Below, one piece after another: positions 46,913-54,521 of a stretch of 64,000 bases of DNA. The position numbers and the translations under genes were made by a program. The stretch spans positions 186,001 through 250,000 of the IMG/VR virus record IMGVR_UViG_3300042261_001312; one strand, 5' to 3'. The notes under the pieces were generated by a model, which did no database searches, was not told where the DNA came from, and saw only the letters and a program-made list of their open reading frames with translations. Position 1 is the stretch's first letter. The number at the start of each line of letters is the position of its first letter.

Positions 46913-47217
46913 AATACATATACTTAATTAAGTCAGTAGAGGACAGTTATTACAAAATTGGAATATCTAAACATCCAAACAAACGTTTATCACAATTACA
47001 AACGGGAAATTCAGCACATTTAAAATTAATTGGTACGTATCAATCTGAATATGCCAATCAGATTGAAGGAACATTGCAAAGACGATATTCACATTTACAT
47101 AAAGAGGGTGAATGGTTTGACATGCCTATTGACATCGAACTTTCATTTCTGAATGAATGTAAGAAAATAGAAGAAACATTAAGTTCATTAAAAAGAAGCG
47201 GTAATATTTTCATTTGA
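46909..47217 (+). CDS. T5orf172/MUG113-type GIY-YIG nuclease domain protein
   Basis: YIYLIK...YKIGISKHPNKRLSQLQTGN...E..L...GEWF; ATGA overlap at 46909. Confidence 0.85.
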   Translation: MKYIYLIKSVEDSYYKIGISKHPNKRLSQLQTGNSAHLKLIGTYQSEYANQIEGTLQRRYSHLHKEGEWFDMPIDIELSFLNECKKIEETLSSLKRSGNIFI

Positions 47218-47240
47218 ACTTGGTTTAATTGTTTTTTTTT

Positions 47241-47248
47241 GTATTTAT
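47241..47248 (+). promoter_or_regulatory. GTATTTAT putative late promoter
   Basis: 43 nt before ATG 47284. Confidence 0.6.
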
Positions 47249-47283
47249 TTTAAAAATAATATACAAATTAAAACATTAAAACT

Positions 47284-49041
47284 ATGTTTGAATATAAGGG
47301 AATTTATAATAGTAGTAATACTGAATCACGTAATTATGCACGTACTGGCATGAAAATTCCAGATTCACCGACCGTGAACGAAAAATTTACCGAAATCGCA
47401 ACATCAATCAATCAATTATCCTCCTTGACTGGCTCTAGTGGTGGTGCAATTAATGTAACCTATGCTGAATTGGTAAGTTTAATCAATATTTCTGGACTAA
47501 CCATTAATCAAACTTATAAACTAACAGATTATCGAACAGTTCATTATATGTTTGATTATAATGTAAGGTTAAATGAAATTAATACTGGCGAATTAGAACC
47601 ATTGTTGTTAACAGCAATATCTACAAATAGTTTATCCCAAATTGCTAAATCTACTTTATATCCACAAGATATAATTAATTATGATTGGAAATCGGATTAT
47701 TGGATTCAAGATATAGCATTTGCTACTGCTGAAAATATCAGTGGAACTACTATGAGTCCAGATTTAACTAATGTTACGTTAATACCTAATTATAAGGGTG
47801 TTATATATCGCAGAGAAGATACTAAAAATAATGTAATATTGGGTTATGATTTCAGACATGTTAAGTTTAGAAGATGGAAATTTAACTATCCAATATGGGA
47901 TTCTGGAACTACATATAATTTAGACGAAAGGGTTCAAGTGCCATCTGATGGAGTGTATTTTTCTTCAGTAAGTGGAAATACTGATAATTTGGTTACTGAT
48001 ACCACAAAATGGTCGAAAATTATTGATTATAATTTAACAGAATATTGGTGTTGTAATTCGTCAGATGCTTTAGATGTTAATGATTTTATTGATGCATATA
48101 CTTTTCACGGATTTGATCAGTGGAATACCTATGATATTAGTGTAAAAGATGTTATAATTAATTCACTTAATGATACATATACGCAATTTTGGGGATATAT
48201 TGGATCAAGTTTAAGTAATTCAGTTTTTTATTTGGGAACTAATAATGATACATATCAAAGTTATACAACATTTGATATAAATATTGCCCCTTTTTTTGAA
48301 TTAAATACTATTGGAGATGATTTTAATAGCAATAACATTGGAATTTTATCCAATACCAACATCATAGGAAATGCTTTCATTCTAAACAAAATAGGAAATT
48401 ATTTTCAAAGCAATATCATAGGAAATACTTTTGGAATGAACATCGCAGGAAATGATTTTCAAGGCAATATCATAGAATATCAATCTGTTTACAATATTAT
48501 TGGAAATTCTTTTCAATCCAACACAATAGGAATTGGTTTTCAAAAAAACAACATAGGAGATGATTTTAAAAACAATAATTTGGAATATAATTTTTTTCAA
48601 AATACCATAGGAAATAGTTTTACTCAAAATAAAATAAAAAATAATTTCTATAACAACACCATAGAAACTTATTTCTTTAGTAATACCATAGGATATAGAT
48701 TTAATAAAAATAGCATAGGAAATAGTTTCAATCAAAACACAGTTGGAAATGATTTTAAAAATAATACTATAGGGCATGGCTTACAATTCAATACTATTGG
48801 AAATGATTTTAAAATCAATACAGTTTTTAGTAAAATATACAACTTAACAATACCAACTGGCGTAACATTTCAATACAATACAATAAGAGATGGTATAGAT
48901 TTCACTGGTATTGATTTCAGTTCCTCAACACATGTTTACTCTACATATAACTGTGATTTATTTACAACGCCAAATGGAACAATAAAATTAAGTTATTGTG
49001 ATAATTCTGGAGTAATTCAGGTAGTAAATGCTAATGCTTAA
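47284..49041 (+). CDS. putative tail fibre/spike protein with (N-x-I-G-N-x-F) beta-solenoid repeats
   Basis: Many imperfect ~11-aa repeats N[TI]IG[NY]xFxxN in the C-terminal third; N-terminal YKLTDYRTVH module. Confidence 0.65.
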   Translation: MFEYKGIYNSSNTESRNYARTGMKIPDSPTVNEKFTEIATSINQLSSLTGSSGGAINVTYAELVSLINISGLTINQTYKLTDYRTVHYMFDYNVRLNEINTGELEPLLLTAISTNSLSQIAKSTLYPQDIINYDWKSDYWIQDIAFATAENISGTTMSPDLTNVTLIPNYKGVIYRREDTKNNVILGYDFRHVKFRRWKFNYPIWDSGTTYNLDERVQVPSDGVYFSSVSGNTDNLVTDTTKWSKIIDYNLTEYWCCNSSDALDVNDFIDAYTFHGFDQWNTYDISVKDVIINSLNDTYTQFWGYIGSSLSNSVFYLGTNNDTYQSYTTFDINIAPFFELNTIGDDFNSNNIGILSNTNIIGNAFILNKIGNYFQSNIIGNTFGMNIAGNDFQGNIIEYQSVYNIIGNSFQSNTIGIGFQKNNIGDDFKNNNLEYNFFQNTIGNSFTQNKIKNNFYNNTIETYFFSNTIGYRFNKNSIGNSFNQNTVGNDFKNNTIGHGLQFNTIGNDFKINTVFSKIYNLTIPTGVTFQYNTIRDGIDFTGIDFSSSTHVYSTYNCDLFTTPNGTIKLSYCDNSGVIQVVNANA

Positions 49042-49055
49042 TAATAAAAGCATTA

Positions 49056-49099
49056 AATAATGCCCATCCTATATTATTAATGGATGGGCATTATTATTT
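49056..49099 (+). terminator. Rho-independent terminator/hairpin
   Basis: 14-bp stem AATAATGCCCATCC / GGATGGGCATTATT, 12-nt loop. Confidence 0.75.
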
Positions 49100-49126
49100 A
49101 ATAAATCATGTATTTATTTAAAATCC

Positions 49127-49157
49127 TTGCATTTTCAACTAATTTGTTGTATGTTTG
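49127..49157 (+). promoter_or_regulatory. Bacteroidota housekeeping-sigma-type promoter (-33 TTG / -7 TAnnTTTG)
   Basis: TTG at 49127-49129, 20-nt spacer, TATGTTTG at 49150-49157. Confidence 0.6.
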
Positions 49158-49196
49158 GAAAAATTTTTGTAAATAACTTTATCTAAATTATTCAAA

Positions 49197-50645
49197 ATGA
49201 ATAAAGAACGAATTTTAAAAGCCATTGAAATTATTAACTATGCCATAGTAAATCAAATTTCTGTCAAAGAAGCATCGGTTAAATGTGGATACGCCGATAC
49301 CTATGTAAAGAATATCAAAGCACTGGTTTATGAAAAATATGAAAATGGAACACTTGATGATGAACTTTTTGCTCTGTTTGATAATGCGTACAAACAATAC
49401 ACCGATTATAGAGGTTTTGGATTGAAAGGGAGCAATGAATCCGATACCGAAAAACCTCAAACCCCTGAAAATCTAACACTGAAAGTAGAAGGTGACAATG
49501 CTACAATTGAGTGGAAAAGTGCTTCAAATTATCCCCTAAACCACATAAAAACACTTGATGAGTTGTTGAAAGCAAGCGATGTTGATTTGACACTTTGGAA
49601 TGTAAAAGACTATGTGGTTAATAAATGGGATGTTACTAGTTGGAAAAATGAAAATGCTGAGACAATTCAAAATTTCCAAGTAAAAGCACGTCTGGAGAAA
49701 AATCTCACAAATACTAAAGAAAGAATGATGGGTGAGATGTTCAAAGAAATGATTAAAAATTATGAACCACCCATTTTTACTCCTCAAAAAGGCATTTATC
49801 TTCCAAATTTAAATGGTGAAAACAATTTATTTGAAATCACGATGTTTGACTTGCATATGGGCAAACTTGCATGGGGTGGTGAAACTGGCGAAAATTATGA
49901 CACCAAAATTGCACGTGACAGATTTCTCAAAACATTGGAAACACTCGTTGACAGAGCGTCTGGTTTCAACTTTAATAGAATTTTATTCCCTATCGGTAGT
50001 GATTTTTTCAACAGTGACACGATTTACAATACAACCACCAAAGGCACACCACAAGACGAAGATTTGCGTTGGCAAAAAACATTCCAAGTTGGTGTGAAAC
50101 TTTATGTTGATGCAATTAACTTTTTGAAACAAACAGGTGTTCCTGTTGATGTGATGGTCATACCGGGTAATCATGATTTCGAGCGCAGTTATTATATGGG
50201 TGCATATCTTGAAGCATGGTTTAATGACGATAATCTAGTAAATATCAACAATGGTGCATCACCAAGAAAATATTATCGATTCGGTAAGGTATTGCTTGGT
50301 CTTACACATGGTAGCGAAGAAAAAGAATCTTCATTACCATTATTAATGGCTAGTGACATAGAATCAAAACCATTGTGGAGTGAAACAACATTTCATGAGT
50401 GGCATTTGGGTCATATCCACCGCAAAAGGGATATGAAATATATAACATTGGATAAATCAAGAATGACCAACGAAGATTTAGGTGTTACTGTTAGATATCT
50501 CTCAAGTCTTACTGGTACAGAAGAATGGCATCATAAAAAAGGATTTGTTGGTGCAACTAAAGCAGGGGAAGCATTCATTTGGAATGATGAAACTGGAATG
50601 GTTGCTCACTTAAATGCCAATTTAATAATTGAACAATATGAGTAA
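49197..50645 (+). CDS. calcineurin-like metallophosphoesterase with N-terminal HTH-like domain
   Basis: DLHMG, GSDFF, PGNHD, THG, HLGHIH metal-binding motifs. Confidence 0.8.
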   Translation: MNKERILKAIEIINYAIVNQISVKEASVKCGYADTYVKNIKALVYEKYENGTLDDELFALFDNAYKQYTDYRGFGLKGSNESDTEKPQTPENLTLKVEGDNATIEWKSASNYPLNHIKTLDELLKASDVDLTLWNVKDYVVNKWDVTSWKNENAETIQNFQVKARLEKNLTNTKERMMGEMFKEMIKNYEPPIFTPQKGIYLPNLNGENNLFEITMFDLHMGKLAWGGETGENYDTKIARDRFLKTLETLVDRASGFNFNRILFPIGSDFFNSDTIYNTTTKGTPQDEDLRWQKTFQVGVKLYVDAINFLKQTGVPVDVMVIPGNHDFERSYYMGAYLEAWFNDDNLVNINNGASPRKYYRFGKVLLGLTHGSEEKESSLPLLMASDIESKPLWSETTFHEWHLGHIHRKRDMKYITLDKSRMTNEDLGVTVRYLSSLTGTEEWHHKKGFVGATKAGEAFIWNDETGMVAHLNANLIIEQYE

Positions 50646-51156
50646 TAAAACAAGTAATTTAGTAAAACTAGCGAAAGGCAGTAGCAAAAAACCTGCACCT
50701 GTTGCTAAAAAACCAGTGGTTAAAGAGGTTGAAAAACCAAAAACCCCTGAAGAAGAAAGAGACTTGAAAGCAAAGCAGAAAGTCGAAGAACTATTACAAG
50801 ACGTTGATCTATCCCTAAAAAAGGAAGATGAACTTCTTGAAATTGAAGAACCAAAGGCAGATGGAAGCATTCAATGGCTTGAAGAACAAGTTTCTTCGTT
50901 GTCTGCCGAAAATGAACTCCTTAGAAATGAATTGGCAGCAGCAAGAGGAGATTTAAATAAAGTTATGAGTGGTAATGTTCATGATGATGGTACAAGAGAT
51001 AAAGTTCGTCAATTGTTCCATGAATTGCAAAGTGCTCATCTTTCAATGGGATTTAATCCTGCAACAAATGCACCTAATCTAATAATTGCACCAATTGCAT
51101 TTATGAATAGGTTAATCTTGTTTTTTCCATTTCTTGAAAAAGAGAAAAGATACTGA
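50638..51156 (+). CDS. hypothetical coiled-coil protein
   Basis: ATG 50638 overlaps the upstream gene; followed by a terminator. Confidence 0.7.
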   Translation: MSNKTSNLVKLAKGSSKKPAPVAKKPVVKEVEKPKTPEEERDLKAKQKVEELLQDVDLSLKKEDELLEIEEPKADGSIQWLEEQVSSLSAENELLRNELAAARGDLNKVMSGNVHDDGTRDKVRQLFHELQSAHLSMGFNPATNAPNLIIAPIAFMNRLILFFPFLEKEKRY

Positions 51157-51174
51157 ACTCATAAGAATTAGTAT

Positions 51175-51213
51175 AAATTGCTTCAAAACTATTTGTTTTG
51201 AAGCAATTTTTTT
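51175..51213 (+). terminator. Rho-independent terminator
   Basis: 15-bp stem AAATTGCTTCAAAAC / GTTTTGAAGCAATTT plus T-run. Confidence 0.9.
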
Positions 51214-51222
51214 ATATATTTG
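51192..51222 (+). promoter_or_regulatory. Bacteroidota-type promoter (TTTG-N19-TATATTTG)
   Basis: TTTG at 51192-51195 and TATATTTG at 51215-51222, upstream of the primase operon. Confidence 0.55.
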
Positions 51223-51283
51223 TTGCATGGTTAAATAGTTGAAATAAAAATAGTATTTATACTACTTTTATTCGGTCATTTAA

Positions 51284-51292
51284 GTATTTATA
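51284..51292 (+). promoter_or_regulatory. GTATTTATA putative late promoter (second copy at 51253)
   Basis: 25 nt before ATG 51309. Confidence 0.7.
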
Positions 51293-51308
51293 TTAAAAAT
51301 ATGTTGTA

Positions 51309-51458
51309 ATGGGTAGGAAAAAAATTGATAATGGTAAAATGAAATGTAAAATATCGATAACAATTTTACCTGAAGTAAATAATAAACTTGAAACATTGAA
51401 AATTAATAAATCAAAATTAATTAATTCACTGCTTCAAGAATATTTAAAAAATTTTTAA
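51309..51458 (+). CDS. 49-aa ribbon-helix-helix-like protein (not in ORF track)
   Basis: MGRKKIDNGKMKCKISITILPEVNNKLETLKINKSKLINSLLQEYLKNF; strand ISITI followed by helices, with NKSKLINSLL resembling CopG/MetJ-Arc; ends 1 nt before the next ATG. Confidence 0.65.
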   Translation: MGRKKIDNGKMKCKISITILPEVNNKLETLKINKSKLINSLLQEYLKNF

Positions 51459-51459
51459 T

Positions 51460-52239
51460 ATGAAAATTAAATGGACTAAAGAGAAATGCGAAGAAGAAGC
51501 ATTAAAATATTCAGGTAGAAATGAATTTAATCTTGGTTCACGTTCTGCATATAATTCAGCACGTAAAAATGGATGGCTTGATGATATTTGTTCTCATATG
51601 AAAAAGGGTGGAAATAAATTATATCGATGTATATATGTTTATGAATTTTCTGATAATTGTGCATATATTGGTTTGTCATATAATTTAAATAAAAGAAGTG
51701 AAATACGTAAAACCCAACAAAACGATGCGGTGACTAGACATATTAATAAAACCAATTTAGTTCCTAAAATTAAACAATTGAGCGAATATGTCTATGTTGA
51801 CATTGCCGCTGAATTAGAAAATGATTGCATTGAAACATATAAAATACTTGGGTGGAATGTTTTGAATAAACATCGTGGTGGAAATATCGGTGCAAGTGAA
51901 ATTATTTGGACTAAAGAATTATGTCATGTTGAAGCATTAAAATTTAAATCAAGAAGTGAGTTTTATTATCGAAGTAATAAAATATATACTGCAGCACAAA
52001 GACAAGGTTGGTTAAATGATATTTGTAAACACATGAATAATAAAATTCATCATTGGACTATTGATGAAGTTAAAGCAGAAGCATTTAAATATAAATCTAG
52101 ATATGAATTTCAACTAAATAATAAAGCAGCGTATACGTGGGCAATTAGAAATAATTGCTTGAATGAAATTTGTACACATATGCAATCAATGATAGGGAGT
52201 AATCAATATGGGAAATATTCAAGGACTGGAATTTCATAG
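51460..52239 (+). CDS. GIY-YIG-type putative homing endonuclease with flanking ~45-aa helical repeats
   Basis: CIYVYEF...AYIG...KR...ELE...VLN core; three repeats W(T).e.c..EA.K...R.EF...AY..A...wL..IC.HM. Confidence 0.75.
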   Translation: MKIKWTKEKCEEEALKYSGRNEFNLGSRSAYNSARKNGWLDDICSHMKKGGNKLYRCIYVYEFSDNCAYIGLSYNLNKRSEIRKTQQNDAVTRHINKTNLVPKIKQLSEYVYVDIAAELENDCIETYKILGWNVLNKHRGGNIGASEIIWTKELCHVEALKFKSRSEFYYRSNKIYTAAQRQGWLNDICKHMNNKIHHWTIDEVKAEAFKYKSRYEFQLNNKAAYTWAIRNNCLNEICTHMQSMIGSNQYGKYSRTGIS

Positions 52240-53281
52240 TATTATTCAAAATATTTTTGGCGATGTTAATGGTCTTAATGTATCTGAGCAATTGCAAGTA
52301 AATTGCCCACGTTGTCAGGAAAGAGATGGATTGCGACATCCTGATGGTAAATATAACCTTGAGATTAACACACGTAGAAGACTTTATCGTTGTTGGCGTT
52401 GTGATGAACCAAAGTTTAGTGGTTCATTGGGTAGATTAATCAGAATGTTAGGTTCGAATGCTGATTATGAGATTTATAAATCATATGCAGGAATTCTTAC
52501 TGATTATGAATATAGTGAAGATGAAAAAGAATATGTTCAAGTAAAATTACCAGAAGAAATGATTTTATTTTCACAAATGGAAGCAGGAAATTTACAACAT
52601 TTCGAAGCATATAATTATTTAGTGAATGAAAGAAAAATATCAAGGGATATTATTTTAAAATATCGGCTTGGTTTTTGTACTACTGGAAGATATGCAAATA
52701 GAATAATTATACCATCCTACGATATGAATGGGGAAGTTAATTATTTTGTTGCCAGAACTTATGACCCCAAGGAAAAAAAGAGAAAATATGATAATCCTAA
52801 ATCAGATAAAGATGTAATCATATTTAACGAAGGATTTATTAATTGGGATTCTACTGTATATTTAGTTGAAGGTGTGACTGATATGTTTTCACTTCCAAAT
52901 GCTATTCCAATGCTTGGAAAAACCATATCTTCCACGTTGTATATGAAATTGAAGAAAATGATGCCAGATGTCGTCATTTTGTTAGACCCTGACGCTTATA
53001 AAAATAGTATTGAATTGTTTTACAAATTGCAAACTATTTATGTTGGCTGTGAGGAAAAAGTTAAAATTGTCAAACTACCAACAACTGAAGATATTGATGA
53101 ACTTCGTAGAAATCAAGGTATTGAGGAAGTTATTAAGTCATTATATACTGCAAGAGGTTTGACAATAGATGATTACTTTATTAATAAGTTACGAAAACCC
53201 TATGAATATAAACGAGGAGGATTTGATTCTAGTTCCAAAGATTATGAATGGAAATCGGGAAGCACAAGAAGTTTTTTATAA
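52208..53281 (+). CDS. dnaG: DNA primase (zinc finger plus TOPRIM)
   Basis: CPRC...CWRC zinc finger, RIIIP, YFVAR, VYLVEGVTD, LDPDA, DIDE. Confidence 0.88.
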   Translation: MGNIQGLEFHSIIQNIFGDVNGLNVSEQLQVNCPRCQERDGLRHPDGKYNLEINTRRRLYRCWRCDEPKFSGSLGRLIRMLGSNADYEIYKSYAGILTDYEYSEDEKEYVQVKLPEEMILFSQMEAGNLQHFEAYNYLVNERKISRDIILKYRLGFCTTGRYANRIIIPSYDMNGEVNYFVARTYDPKEKKRKYDNPKSDKDVIIFNEGFINWDSTVYLVEGVTDMFSLPNAIPMLGKTISSTLYMKLKKMMPDVVILLDPDAYKNSIELFYKLQTIYVGCEEKVKIVKLPTTEDIDELRRNQGIEEVIKSLYTARGLTIDDYFINKLRKPYEYKRGGFDSSSKDYEWKSGSTRSFL

Positions 53282-53831
53282 AAAATACCAAAAAACAGTA
53301 AAAGATTATTTAAAACATAGTTTTCCAAAATATAGTGTCGATGATATTGATGATTGTGTGTCATCAATTTTAATTAAAGTGTTTGATAGTTTGCATTTAT
53401 ATGATTCAGAAAAATCAAGTGTTAAAACTTGGATTCTATCTATAGCAAAACATTATATGATTGATTTGAATAGAAAAAATTCAACTAAATTAACATCATT
53501 CGCAAACACTATAACTACGACAGATACCGCATTCACTGATTATCAAACCACTACAAGTGTATGTAATACTGCTTTTTTATCAAATGCTATAAGTAGTTAT
53601 CAAACGTTTACCACTTGCAGCACAGATTTTGAAAACTGTAGTTCAATTAAATATATTACCTCACAATTAACCCCACAAGAATATACTTTATTGGATATGA
53701 AGTATGTTCAAGGCTATAACTATAATGAAATTGGAAAAGAATTTCAATTAACAAGTAGCACTGTGAGTAATAAGATTAACTATATAAAAACAAAATTGAA
53801 GAAGAATATACAAGAAGAAATATATGATTAA
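53202..53831 (+). CDS. ECF-type sigma-70 factor
   Basis: Region 2: GNREAQEVFYKKYQ...DDCV...VKTWILSIAKHYMID; region 4: LTPQEYTLLDMKYVQGYNYNEIG...TVSNKI. Start set to ATG 53202. Confidence 0.85.
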   Translation: MNINEEDLILVPKIMNGNREAQEVFYKKYQKTVKDYLKHSFPKYSVDDIDDCVSSILIKVFDSLHLYDSEKSSVKTWILSIAKHYMIDLNRKNSTKLTSFANTITTTDTAFTDYQTTTSVCNTAFLSNAISSYQTFTTCSTDFENCSSIKYITSQLTPQEYTLLDMKYVQGYNYNEIGKEFQLTSSTVSNKINYIKTKLKKNIQEEIYD

Positions 53832-53843
53832 CAAGTTATTATC

Positions 53844-53883
53844 AAAAAAATGCACTATTATCTTTGGATTGATAATAGTGCAT
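53844..53883 (-). terminator. terminator between convergent sigma and hsp20 genes
   Basis: 13-bp stem ATGCACTATTATC / GATAATAGTGCAT; the + strand A-run at 53844-53850 gives the U-tail on the - strand. Confidence 0.8.
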
Positions 53884-53902
53884 GATAGGACTTTAACTTT
53901 TA

Positions 53903-54322
53903 TTACTTAATCTCAATCATCTTCTTTTCTAATTTTAATGGTTCTTTTTTTGGTATTGTTACGGTTAGTACTCCATCAGTGAATGATGCTATAATATTTT
54001 CTTTATCTACAGTTTCTGGAAGTTTGAATGATCTTTTGTATATGCCCGTAAAAGATTCTTTGCGATTATATTTCAAATCTTTTACTTCTTTTCGTTCTGC
54101 AGTTATTGTTAGTAAATCATCGTCTACTTCAATGGCTGTATCTTCTTTCTTAACGCCAGCCAACATCATATCAACAACGAATTCATTATCGTTTTCAATG
54201 ATATCATGTATTGGCACAAAAGTGTCTTTTGTTGATGGAATAATTGAATTAATTTCGAATAAATCATCAAAAAGGTCGGTAAATAATTTTACTTGCGGGT
54301 TTGTACGTCTAATTGCTAACAT
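53903..54322 (-). CDS. hsp20: small heat-shock protein (Hsp20/alpha-crystallin)
   Basis: PIHDIIENDNEFVVDMMLAGVKKEDTAIEVDDDLLTITAER...YKRSFKLPETVD...ASFTDGVLTVTIPK. Confidence 0.95.
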   Translation of the reverse strand: MLAIRRTNPQVKLFTDLFDDLFEINSIIPSTKDTFVPIHDIIENDNEFVVDMMLAGVKKEDTAIEVDDDLLTITAERKEVKDLKYNRKESFTGIYKRSFKLPETVDKENIIASFTDGVLTVTIPKKEPLKLEKKMIEIK

Positions 54323-54367
54323 ATCTTTTAAGTTTTAAATATAATTGTTATTTTTACACCATATATT

Positions 54368-54462
54368 ACGAAAATTATACCAATATGTTGATGATGACAA
54401 AACTACGGTTTAAATTATTAAAACAATGAAAATATTTTAAATATTTATGACTTTTTGTCATA
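54368..54462 (-). promoter_or_regulatory. possible sigma54-type promoter plus upstream palindrome for hsp20
   Basis: - strand TTGGTATAATTTTCGT (GG-N10-G) at 54383-54368; perfect inverted repeat TATGAC-N5-GTCATA at 54446-54462. Confidence 0.4.
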
Positions 54463-54490
54463 GTTTACATTTTTTTATGTAATTTTGAAT

Positions 54491-54499
54491 GTATTTATA
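54491..54499 (+). promoter_or_regulatory. GTATTTATA putative late promoter
   Basis: 31 nt before ATG 54522. Confidence 0.65.
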
Positions 54500-54521
54500 A
54501 TTGTAAGTGATTTATGTTAGT

